Shown here: piece by piece, positions 43,224 to 52,135 of the stretch
Numbering within the stretch: the first letter of the stretch is position 1
Layout: the number at the start of each line of letters is the position of its first letter
Origin: Candidatus Tayloriibacteriota bacterium
GTDB lineage: Bacteria; Patescibacteriota; Minisyncoccia; Phycocordibacterales; JARIHA01
Length of the DNA: 54,391 nucleotides
NCBI GenBank assembly: GCA_029288475.1
Contig: JARIHA010000168.1
Location: 1 to 54,391 of the forward strand
Direction: 5' to 3'
Position numbers and translations under genes: made by a program
Notes under the pieces: generated by a model
What the model was told of the DNA's origin: nothing
Seen by the model: the letters and a program-made list of their open reading frames with translations, nothing else
Database searches by the model: none

Positions 43224-43480
43224 GAAGTGTCAGCTGAGGCCGATATGAGGTGGCCGATTAAGTAGGGCTACCTTTATGGCCAAGAGCAGACAGGTCCGCG
43301 GGCGCCGGGGTCAAATCTGCCGGTCGAAGGAAAAAATGCGGGAGATCTTCTTGACGCCGCCGTGCCGGGGGATGCCCAGGAGGCCGGAAACAGCATTATT
43401 ATCACTCTTACAATTGGTACGCGCATTCATAATGAACGGGCCCTTATAACTTAGCATGCAAATAGCTCGACTGTCAAGCT

Positions 43481-44563
43481 CTACGGCTGTTTTGTCAAAT
43501 AAGCCTTGATTATAGCCTCAACTTCGCCTGCCGAATTGGTCGCCATCAGCTCGGCGCGGAGTTCTGAGGCGCCTTCGAAGCCGTTTACGTATGCCTTGTA
43601 ATGTTTCTTCATGACGGAGAAATTCTTCGTTTCTCCCAAGATTTTTTCAAATAAATAGGTATGCTCCACGAGCACAGAGAGCTTTTCTTTGAGAGGAATC
43701 TCGCGGGCTCCAGCTGATACCTTCCGGTTTGCATCGAAAAGCCATGGATTACCAAAAATGGCCCGTCCAAGCATCACTCCGTCTGCCCCACTCTCTTGCG
43801 CCTTCTTGCGCGCATCCTCCAGGTCGAGCGCATCGCCGTTTCCAAAAATCAGCGTCTTGCTTCCCAGCTTGTCGCGCATCTCCACTACTTCACGGACATG
43901 CTCCCAGCGGGCGGGCACCTTCGACATTTCCTTTCTCGTGCGCGCATGTATCGTAAGGACGGCGATATTTTCTTCGAGAAGCGCCGGTACCCACGTTGCC
44001 AATTCGTTTTTATTGTATCCAATGCGCGTCTTCACCGAAATCGACAGAGGCTTCACTTCAATTCCTTTTTCTTTCATGTCGTCTGCAAATCGTTCAGCAC
44101 CACGAACAGCCGCACGGATCACTTCTTTTGCCAAAGGCGGATTCTTAATATGCCCTGCCCCTGCTCCCTGCTTCTCAATACTCTTGTCCGGACATCCCAT
44201 GTTTATATCCACCCCATCAAAGCCAAGCTCAGATGCGAGGTAAGCCGCCTTCTCCATCATCTCAGGTTTTGAACTAAAAAATTGCGCGATGATCGGTCGT
44301 TCTGCTCCCGTAAAAGCCAAATCTTTAATCAGCTTGTCATATCCTCCAAGAAAGAGACCGTCGGCAGAGACAAATTCTGTCCACAACGCATCAGGGCCAC
44401 CGAGCGGTTTCCCCATTCTGCTGTATTTGGCAATGATCTGGCGAAAAGGCGCGTCAGTAACATCTGCCATGGGCGCCATGACAAAAATCGGCTCGTTCTG
44501 GCCTGATAGCTTTGACTCAGCAAGCTTTTTTTCCTTGAGTTTTTCCCAAAATCCCCTATTCAT
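43481..44563 (-). CDS. tRNA-dihydrouridine synthase
   Basis: 360 aa containing MAPMADVTDAPFR, DINMGCP and a TIM-barrel Dus layout. Confidence 0.85.
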   Translation of the reverse strand: MNRGFWEKLKEKKLAESKLSGQNEPIFVMAPMADVTDAPFRQIIAKYSRMGKPLGGPDALWTEFVSADGLFLGGYDKLIKDLAFTGAERPIIAQFFSSKPEMMEKAAYLASELGFDGVDINMGCPDKSIEKQGAGAGHIKNPPLAKEVIRAAVRGAERFADDMKEKGIEVKPLSISVKTRIGYNKNELATWVPALLEENIAVLTIHARTRKEMSKVPARWEHVREVVEMRDKLGSKTLIFGNGDALDLEDARKKAQESGADGVMLGRAIFGNPWLFDANRKVSAGAREIPLKEKLSVLVEHTYLFEKILGETKNFSVMKKHYKAYVNGFEGASELRAELMATNSAGEVEAIIKAYLTKQP

Positions 44564-44683
44564 TTGGCTATCCTAGCATAGATCTTGGGGTATAAAAAAG
44601 TCACACCCAAAAGTGTGCCTGAACTAACCGAACTCAAATGAGAAACAAAACGCCTGCAGCCACATAGACTAGGTCGGACGATT

Positions 44684-45778
44684 TTACCGAAGACGCTCTG
44701 CTTCGGACAAAATTAATCTTTCGGTCTCTTCCCAACCCAAGCATTTATCCGTGACAGAGATGTGGGGATTCAAACTTGCCAGGCTGGCAAAAGTTGGCGG
44801 ATCAGGAATAGCCTGATTGCCATGCATGAGATTGCTTTCCAGCATGGCGCCAACAATATACGGACTATCTGCGCAAACTTGGCGTATCACGTCCTGAAGG
44901 GCTTCACGTTGCCGACGAAAGTCCCCACTGCAATTCTGATGACTGCAGTCAATCACCACAGAAGTAGAAACACCATTCAGCGCCAACTGCGTTCCCGCTT
45001 CCATGACGTGCTGAACCTCATAATTGGGACGCCCGTTACTGCCCCGCAAGACAAGATGTGTTGTAGGATTTCCCTTCGTGCAAATTACTGCACATTGGCC
45101 GCCAGAATTAACCCCAAGAAAAGCCTGGGGGCCTTTGGATGCCTTCATGGCTTCGATAACGGTCTTGATACTACCGTCGGTGGGATTTTTCATCCCTACC
45201 GACATCGAAAGACCGCTGGCCATCTGGCGATGGGTTTGTGATTCGATCGTACGAGCGCCCACGCACCCCCAACTAACGAGGTCGGCAATGTAAGCAGGAA
45301 TGATAGGCTCAAGAAACTCCGTAGCCACCGGCATGCCAAGTTCTGCCAAGGTGAGCAAAAGACCACGAGCCACGCGCAATCCCTTTTCCATATCATACGA
45401 ACCGTTCATGTCAGGATCATTAATGAGACCTCTCCAACCGATGCTAGTGCGAGGTTTTTCGAAATAGACTCGCATGACGATTTCCATCTGATCAGCAACC
45501 AGGCCCCGAAGACGGACCAAGTATTGGGCATAGAGTTCTGCCGCTTCGACATTGTGGACCGAGCAGGGCCCGACGATCATGAGGAAACGAGGATCTTTTC
45601 TGGCGAGAATGTTTGAGATCGTTTCTCGCTGAGAAAATATTGTCTGGTTAATCTTGGCCGAAGTAGGCTGGGAATTGCGATAATCCTGAGGGGATGGCAG
45701 CAATTTCACACTGCGCACATTCACATCGATGGTTTGGGGAGAAGCTTCGCTAACGACTGCTGTATTTGTTGTACTCAT
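44684..45778 (-). CDS. 3-deoxy-7-phosphoheptulonate (DAHP) synthase, class I
   Basis: 364 aa containing IVGPCSVH, KPRTSIGWRGLINDP and DCSHQN, the hallmarks of AroF/G/H-type enzymes. Confidence 0.9.
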   Translation of the reverse strand: MSTTNTAVVSEASPQTIDVNVRSVKLLPSPQDYRNSQPTSAKINQTIFSQRETISNILARKDPRFLMIVGPCSVHNVEAAELYAQYLVRLRGLVADQMEIVMRVYFEKPRTSIGWRGLINDPDMNGSYDMEKGLRVARGLLLTLAELGMPVATEFLEPIIPAYIADLVSWGCVGARTIESQTHRQMASGLSMSVGMKNPTDGSIKTVIEAMKASKGPQAFLGVNSGGQCAVICTKGNPTTHLVLRGSNGRPNYEVQHVMEAGTQLALNGVSTSVVIDCSHQNCSGDFRRQREALQDVIRQVCADSPYIVGAMLESNLMHGNQAIPDPPTFASLASLNPHISVTDKCLGWEETERLILSEAERLR

Positions 45779-45841
45779 AAGGTATTAAGTTTTCAACGAC
45801 CTGCTGATTGCACTCTCTTCCCACCAAGGAAAAAAGTTTAC

Positions 45842-45870
45842 AAAAATGAGCCCTTCAAGGACTCATTTTT
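45842..45870. terminator. bidirectional terminator-like hairpin downstream of the Hsp100 gene
   Basis: The stem AAAAATGAG...CTCATTTTT has an inner GAGCCCTT/AAGGACTC pairing, flanked by A and T runs on both sides. Confidence 0.5.
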
Positions 45871-46011
45871 ACTTACTATTGAGATCTTAGAGAAGATGCA
45901 CAGTTATTAAGCAAAGACGAGCCCTCGAATCGAGGCCCAAAAGGAAATAAAAAAGCTATAATACTGTGCACTATTCGAAATCATTATGGTTACCATGCTA
46001 GCACTGCCGAG

Positions 46012-48414
46012 CTAGCTTTGCAAATCGGCGGCAGTAAGAGAAAGAGTACTTCCAGGAAGCGCCTCGCCAGAAATGATCTTCTTTGCGACTGCCTGCTCCA
46101 CTGTCTCCTGGATCGCTCTGTTCATTGAACGGGCGCCGAACTTTGTGTCGGTGCCGGTAGTAATAAGAAAGTCTACCAACTCCGGAGTGATCACCAGCGT
46201 GATTCCCTTGTCTTCGAGTCGCTGTGCAAGTTTCTTGAGCATCAAGTCGGCAATCTTCGTAAGATGTTCTTTATCAAGCGGATGAAAGAGTATGACGGCA
46301 TCGAAGCGGTTGAGTAGTTCTGGGCGAAACATTCCTTCGGCCACGATCGCATTGATAATATCCGGCTTTTGCTTTTCCAGATTTTCTCCTGCTTGGACTG
46401 ATTTGAAAATAAGGTCGCTGGCGGCGTTTGAAGTGGCAATGATGATTGTGTTACGGGCATTTACTTTTTTTCCATTCATATCGGAGAAAAATCCTTCGTC
46501 AAGAATCTGCAAAAATAAATCCTGCACATCCTTGCCAGTTTTCTCAAATTCATCGAGCAAAAGCACCCCGTATTGTTTGTCGCGGAGCATCTCAGAAAGA
46601 ATTCCCGGACGGCTGTTTTCAAAAGAACCCATCAAGCGACTGAGCGCGTCAGCACCCTTGTACTCAGACATGTCGAGGCGCAATATTTGATCGTCTTTTC
46701 CAAAGAAAGTGTGAGCCAACGCCTTAGTAGTTTCTGTTTTTCCCACACCAGTTGGACCCAAGAACAAGAATGAACCAATGGGACGATTGGGATTGTTGAT
46801 ACCTGAACGGGCACGGCGCATCGCATTACTGATTGCTTTGATGGCCTCATCCTGTCCAATGATTCTTTCATGAAGAATTGATTCTAATTTGAGCAATTTT
46901 TCACTTTCCGTATGATCGATCTTTCCGAGCGGTATGCCAGTCTTCTGCTCTACTAAAGCAAGAATGTCTTCTTTAAGAATTACCGTCTTTCCCGACTGCT
47001 TGATGCGCGGAATCATTTCATCCACCAAGTCTCTCGCCTTATCCAGTCCGCCATCCTGATCAAAATACTGCTCTATACTCTGAGCAAGCTGTCGGATAGC
47101 TCCATAAGTGAAAAAGAATTTTTGTGTTGCTTCGTACCGCTCTATTTCATGTTCGAGAAGATGGATCAATCCCTGGTCAGCCAGTTCCTTGAGAGTAACC
47201 TTTTCAAAACGATTCATGAGCACCGCATTCGGCTCGAGAATCTGACTAAACGTCTGATGATCTGCAAGAGCTACCACTCTGGTATCGGACGAAGTGAGGT
47301 ATGGATCAAGAAGTTCTGCCACATCGCTTCCAATACCCTTGGCGCTCTGAATAAACTCAGGAAAATGCTTGAATACCAAAATAATATTTCCTGCACGCAC
47401 CGCTTCATTGAGCATGATGATGAATTGCTTTTCAAATTCACTTTTTTCTCTGGTGGCGGCAATTAAGGCCAATGTATCAATGGCAATCAGTCTTCGGTGC
47501 TCGATCTCAGGAAGAGCGCTTCCCTCACGAATCTTTCGGGCAAGATAATAAACTACATCAAGCTTACTGCCTCCGGAATCGCCAATAATAAGAACATTTG
47601 CTTCGCGAGGGCGGGAAAGGATCGTCTCAACTGTTTTTTCTTCAGCAATCAACTGTTCGGATTCAAGCGTCACTTCAACGCTTTCTTTATCAAATACGAG
47701 ATCCTGTCCAAATTTATCAAGGAAAAAAGTTTGTCCATACGCCCAATCCTTTGCCAATCCTGGAATTCTGCCGAGCTCGTCTTCGCTCCACCATCGATGA
47801 GCAGTAGATATCTGCGCCTCTCTTCGCTCAAACCAATCAGCAGCTCCAGCGATATCCTCCTTTTTTATATCATGAGAAAGAATGAACTGTTTTAATACAT
47901 GATCCGTGTCTAATACAATTGTAAGAAATGCGCTCAAGGTCATGCCTGGGAAAAATTTTCCAACCCCTTCGGTTCCAATAATTTCTTCCAGAGAATACTT
48001 CCTGCCTCTCTCGGCAAGAAACTTCTTAACCGCAGTTTGACCCACGCCCGAACGCAATAGGATCCACCTACCCGCATCTGACTGTAAAAAGGTTAGAGTA
48101 ACGTCGCCCTTTACCCTGCTCTCTTCGAGAAGCGCGGCGAGCTCAAAAGAAATGTTCTCTTCTTCGCCACGGAAATAATGTGAGTTATAGAAAAACTCAA
48201 AATTGATAAGCAAAAGCCATACGGAAGAAAGAAGGAAAAATATTCCCTTAAGCGTGTCGGTAGATTTTCCCAAAAAGATGGTAACAATGACCACGGCCAA
48301 AAAAATGCCGAGAACGGAGCGGAAAAACTTTCGATGCTTTGGCTCGATGATCTCATCAAGAAGAATAGCCGGTCGATAGAGTTTTATTTGTTTTTGAAGC
48401 GCTTGAGAGAGCAT
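46012..48414 (-). CDS. Clp/Hsp100-family AAA+ ATPase with N-terminal transmembrane segments
   Basis: 800 aa. The D2 module is intact (GPTGVGKTE, LLLDEFEK, PELLNRFD). The D1-like module has GDSGGSKL and ILVFKHF in place of Walker A and B. Two N-terminal hydrophobic helices are present. Confidence 0.85.
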   Translation of the reverse strand: MLSQALQKQIKLYRPAILLDEIIEPKHRKFFRSVLGIFLAVVIVTIFLGKSTDTLKGIFFLLSSVWLLLINFEFFYNSHYFRGEEENISFELAALLEESRVKGDVTLTFLQSDAGRWILLRSGVGQTAVKKFLAERGRKYSLEEIIGTEGVGKFFPGMTLSAFLTIVLDTDHVLKQFILSHDIKKEDIAGAADWFERREAQISTAHRWWSEDELGRIPGLAKDWAYGQTFFLDKFGQDLVFDKESVEVTLESEQLIAEEKTVETILSRPREANVLIIGDSGGSKLDVVYYLARKIREGSALPEIEHRRLIAIDTLALIAATREKSEFEKQFIIMLNEAVRAGNIILVFKHFPEFIQSAKGIGSDVAELLDPYLTSSDTRVVALADHQTFSQILEPNAVLMNRFEKVTLKELADQGLIHLLEHEIERYEATQKFFFTYGAIRQLAQSIEQYFDQDGGLDKARDLVDEMIPRIKQSGKTVILKEDILALVEQKTGIPLGKIDHTESEKLLKLESILHERIIGQDEAIKAISNAMRRARSGINNPNRPIGSFLFLGPTGVGKTETTKALAHTFFGKDDQILRLDMSEYKGADALSRLMGSFENSRPGILSEMLRDKQYGVLLLDEFEKTGKDVQDLFLQILDEGFFSDMNGKKVNARNTIIIATSNAASDLIFKSVQAGENLEKQKPDIINAIVAEGMFRPELLNRFDAVILFHPLDKEHLTKIADLMLKKLAQRLEDKGITLVITPELVDFLITTGTDTKFGARSMNRAIQETVEQAVAKKIISGEALPGSTLSLTAADLQS

Positions 48415-48418
48415 GTGA

Positions 48419-48805
48419 TTAAAATATGAGTATAAGACCCTTTATAAAAAAGAATACGATCAATACAGGAAGGCAGATCCAAAGGAGCGTCAGGACGATT
48501 TCGCAAAGAAAAGCCAATACAAGCAAGACCATTCCTACAAAGATCAGAGAGGCGCGAAACATCATACCCACAACACGCATAATCGAATTGATAATAAAGC
48601 GTCCAAATTTATCCGCGGCAGACTCCCCGCGATTCTTATGCACGTCTAGCCTTTTCCATGGAGCAAAAAAGGTTTTAGTGAGAATCGGGATTGAGAAGAA
48701 ATAGTAGAGAAACCACAGGATATTTTTGGCGTTGCGAAAGATGTCGGCAAAGGCCAGAGTATAGTGCCAAACGAGATAGGAAATACCAAGCTTGAGTGTT
48801 TTCAT
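48419..48805 (-). CDS. small integral membrane protein
   Basis: 128 aa with 3-4 hydrophobic segments. A 4-nt gap separates it from the Hsp100 gene. Confidence 0.55.
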   Translation of the reverse strand: MKTLKLGISYLVWHYTLAFADIFRNAKNILWFLYYFFSIPILTKTFFAPWKRLDVHKNRGESAADKFGRFIINSIMRVVGMMFRASLIFVGMVLLVLAFLCEIVLTLLWICLPVLIVFFFIKGLILIF

Positions 48806-48823
48806 TACTTCTTATTATACCTT

Positions 48824-49801
48824 CTACCTCGTCTTATAGTAAATGTCGTCGCTATAACGAAGATCTATATAATCAAGATCGAGCTTTCCCTTCTTAAGCT
48901 CAGAAACGGTCTGATTAATCAGTGCCGCTTGGGTACTAGTGCTATTTGTAGGAGAAGTAGTTGACGGCGACGCAGATCCTCCAAAGAAATTAAGATGGGT
49001 CGAATTCTTATCCATGAATAACTTCAACTTTTGCAAAGTGACAGTCATGTCCAAGCGATTATCAAGAAACAGTCTTATGCCATTACTTAGTATTACTTCT
49101 GTCTGAATAGGATCTTTCACGAAGATACTGATCGTTCGCAAATTTAGATTGGAACGCAAGAGAGTAGACAGATCATCAAATCGCTTGAATGCCGTAGTAT
49201 CAAGATACTGAGCTCCAACTGGAGTTGTGCTTGCATTAGGCCCTGTTATCGCGCCGTAAAACTTCACGAAGACATCGCCGGAGAAAAGCGGCGAGTCAGA
49301 AAAGATAAACCCCGTACTGTCCACAAAGTAACACTGCTCGCTCAGCTTATTGGTTACCGGATCAACAACGACAACTTTATTAGCATCATCAGTCGTCCGT
49401 CCGCACCATACAGCCTCAGGCTTCTTTTCCGTTACTGCAATAGTGAGCGTGGTAAATTTATCGATCGTAATGCGCACATCGGAAATTCGATTCCACGTTT
49501 TCTTTATTGCCGCGGCAATATCCTCTTTTGGGTAAATAAAACTATTTGCTTTAGGGAAAAGACCGAGATATTTTTGATCAATAACGCTAAAGACCAAGTC
49601 CTGAATATCCTTGGTTGGAGTGACTTCGTTCCCCTCTACAGTGATCTGCTGAATAGTAGTCGAAGGAAGTTTTGAGAAATACACAGCGGCGCAAAAAACG
49701 ACAATAGCCAGAATCGACAAAAGCACCAGAAGAATATACCGATGCTTTTTCCTTTCTTTGGCAAATTTCTGAGAGGATAACGTTGATCTTCTCTTGAGCA
49801 T
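48824..49801 (-). CDS. FtsQ-like cell-division protein (POTRA domain)
   Basis: 325 aa with a basic N-terminus and one TM helix. A POTRA-like IQQITVEGNEVTPTKDIQDLV segment follows. Confidence 0.6.
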   Translation of the reverse strand: MLKRRSTLSSQKFAKERKKHRYILLVLLSILAIVVFCAAVYFSKLPSTTIQQITVEGNEVTPTKDIQDLVFSVIDQKYLGLFPKANSFIYPKEDIAAAIKKTWNRISDVRITIDKFTTLTIAVTEKKPEAVWCGRTTDDANKVVVVDPVTNKLSEQCYFVDSTGFIFSDSPLFSGDVFVKFYGAITGPNASTTPVGAQYLDTTAFKRFDDLSTLLRSNLNLRTISIFVKDPIQTEVILSNGIRLFLDNRLDMTVTLQKLKLFMDKNSTHLNFFGGSASPSTTSPTNSTSTQAALINQTVSELKKGKLDLDYIDLRYSDDIYYKTR

Positions 49802-49805
49802 GATG

Positions 49806-51077
49806 CTATTTCCCTATTACTTTTTTACCTCCCATGTATTTCTGGAGCACGTCGGGTACAAGAATAGTTCCATCTGCCTGCTGATAATTTTCTAATACTG
49901 AAATAAGGATGCGAGGAGATGCAATGGCGGTATTGTTGAGTGAGTGAGTGAACTTCATCTTGCCTTCATCATCTTTGTAGCGAATGTTCAGGCGGCGCGT
50001 CTGAAAATCATGAAAATACGAAGAGGAATGGGTCTCACCAAAACGGCTCTCTGAAGGAATCCATGCTTCGATGTCATATTTCTTCACCTGGCCAAGACCA
50101 AGATCACCTCCGCAATTTACTACCACATGATATGGAAGCTTGAGTGCCTGCAAGATCTCTTCGGCGTTCTGAGTAAGCTCTTCATGGAACTTCACTGACT
50201 CGGCATGGTTGGCCTCACAGAGAATCACCTGCTCAAATTTAAAGAATTCGTGTACGCGATAGATACCTTTCGTCTGCTTGCCATGACTTCCCGCTTCTCG
50301 ACGGAAACAAGGAGAAAATGAAACAAACTTCAACGGCAGTTTTTTCTTGTCGATAATCTCATCCATGTAATATCCCATGGTCGCCACTTCTCCGGTACCA
50401 GCCAAATATTCTCCATCCTGAGTTTTATATAAATCATCTTCGCTTTGAGGAAGATAGCCAGTTCCCACGAACGGCTCCCGTCGTACCAACGAAGGCACGA
50501 TCATCGGCGTAAAGCCTCCTTTGGCAATAATATGATCGAAAGCAAATTGCCACAGCGCAAAGTTGAGAAGCACTGCATCATTTTTTAAAAAATACCCCCT
50601 GAAGCCTGAGACCTTCGCTCCGCGCTCGAAATCGGCAAGATCAAGAGCTTCCATCAGCTCAACATGGCTCTTTGGTTTAAAATCAAACGTTGGGACGGTT
50701 CCCCATGCGCGAACTTCTTTGTTTTCTGCATCGCTTGCTCCTTCAGGCACAGTCATGTCGGGAATGTTTGGCACCTGCACCATAAGTCCCTGCCACTTCT
50801 TCATCACCTCCTTTAGCTGTTCCTCTTCCTTCTGCATTCCTTCCTTGAGAGTCTTCATTTCTGCGATCATCGCCGCTCGTTCTTCAGGAACTGTCGCTTT
50901 TGCGATCTTCTCGCTGAATTGATTTTGGGCAGTCCTCTTACCTTCTATAGAAGAAAGAAGTTTGCGACGTTCTTCATCGGCAGTGATAAGTTCGTCAATA
51001 TTGAGCACGATATGCTTTTTTCGTGCCCCATCTTTGACGAGGTCAATGTTTTCGCGGATAAATTTAATATCGAGCAT
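49806..51077 (-). CDS. serS: serine--tRNA ligase
   Basis: 423 aa with an N-terminal coiled-coil arm and class II motifs (FRREAGS, GETHSSS, NTAIASPRILISVLENYQ). Confidence 0.95.
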   Translation of the reverse strand: MLDIKFIRENIDLVKDGARKKHIVLNIDELITADEERRKLLSSIEGKRTAQNQFSEKIAKATVPEERAAMIAEMKTLKEGMQKEEEQLKEVMKKWQGLMVQVPNIPDMTVPEGASDAENKEVRAWGTVPTFDFKPKSHVELMEALDLADFERGAKVSGFRGYFLKNDAVLLNFALWQFAFDHIIAKGGFTPMIVPSLVRREPFVGTGYLPQSEDDLYKTQDGEYLAGTGEVATMGYYMDEIIDKKKLPLKFVSFSPCFRREAGSHGKQTKGIYRVHEFFKFEQVILCEANHAESVKFHEELTQNAEEILQALKLPYHVVVNCGGDLGLGQVKKYDIEAWIPSESRFGETHSSSYFHDFQTRRLNIRYKDDEGKMKFTHSLNNTAIASPRILISVLENYQQADGTILVPDVLQKYMGGKKVIGK

Positions 51078-51143
51078 GTGATTGTATAACCCTTTTAAAC
51101 AATTTTTATTTTTTCATCATAGCAAAAATGAGACGATAAGGCT

Positions 51144-52085
51144 ATGCACAATGAACAAAACGGCCTTAAGGGCGATTATCAAGGATACGTCATAGAAAAA
51201 ATAGGAAAAGAAGATTATCCAGGTCTGCTTCGTGAGATCACCGACCCGCCGAAAGCCCTCTATATAAAGAGAGGGTGGAAAACTGCCCGCCCATACTATA
51301 GTATGGCCCCAAAGCATCTCTGCATCGTAGGCTCGAGAAGAAACAGCGTATATGGAAAAGAGGTTTGCGAACGACTGATACGTGGCCTCGCCGGCTACCC
51401 TATTACTATAGTATCGGGATTGGCTTTCGGCATCGATGCGATTGCCCATCAAGCGGCACTGAGCGCAAATCTCAAGACCATTGCCATTCCCGGCTCAGGA
51501 TTGCACCAATCCGTACTTTACCCACGTACTCATCTTGGACTAGCGACCAGCATCCTCGCTTCAGGCGGAGATCTGATTTCTGAATACGAGCCAGAATTTC
51601 AATCAGCTCCTTGGACGTTTCCTCGGAGAAATAGGATCATGGCCGGCATCTCCGACGCCATTCTCATTATTGAAGCAGAAGAGAAGTCCGGTACGCTCAT
51701 TACAGCCCGACTGGCACTTGATTACAATCGCGAGATTCTCGCTGTACCTGGTTCGATTTTTTCTCAAAACACGGCCGGCGTACACGAGCTTTTAAAAGAA
51801 GGTGCAACACCAATTCTCTCAAGCAAAGATATTCTTGCAGCGCTTGGGTTCCTTAAAGACGAAAGCGAGGAAGAGTTAGACATCAAAAAAGAATTCGCAA
51901 ATGAAATCGTCAAAGAATATTCTCCGGAAGAAGCGCTCATCCTGAGACATCTGACTGAACCACTGCAAAGAGACCAGCTTATCCAGAAGACAAGATTTGA
52001 AGCTACCGAGCTCAATTCCCTCCTGAGCTTGCTTGAAATAAAAGGATTGATAAAAGAAGCTGGAGGAGAATTTTTTCTGCAATAA
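51144..52085 (+). CDS. dprA: DNA-processing protein DprA
   Basis: 313 aa with the Rossmann-like core VSGLAFGIDAIAHQAAL..AIPGSG and RNRIMAGISDAILIIEA, plus a C-terminal winged-helix-like tail. Confidence 0.85.
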   Translation: MHNEQNGLKGDYQGYVIEKIGKEDYPGLLREITDPPKALYIKRGWKTARPYYSMAPKHLCIVGSRRNSVYGKEVCERLIRGLAGYPITIVSGLAFGIDAIAHQAALSANLKTIAIPGSGLHQSVLYPRTHLGLATSILASGGDLISEYEPEFQSAPWTFPRRNRIMAGISDAILIIEAEEKSGTLITARLALDYNREILAVPGSIFSQNTAGVHELLKEGATPILSSKDILAALGFLKDESEEELDIKKEFANEIVKEYSPEEALILRHLTEPLQRDQLIQKTRFEATELNSLLSLLEIKGLIKEAGGEFFLQ

Positions 52086-52135
52086 TCACAACCAAAGTTT
52101 GCAAAATATTTTTTTTCTAGTAATAATGAGAACAT

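Noticed and set aside
43330-43400. SRP (4.5S) RNA-like and FMN-riboswitch-like strings. GACGCCGCCGUGCCGGGGGAUGCCCAGG resembles the 4.5S 3' half. UGCUGUUUCC occurs on the other strand. CGACCGGCAG...CCCGCGGAC resembles the RFN core.
   Set aside because: The SRP-like halves lie on opposite strands, and no GNAR tetraloop or GGAAGCAGC helix-8 motif is present. The FMN-like match lacks the GGGUGAAAUUCC and AGUCUGGAUG blocks. The region is kept only as an unclassified structured region.
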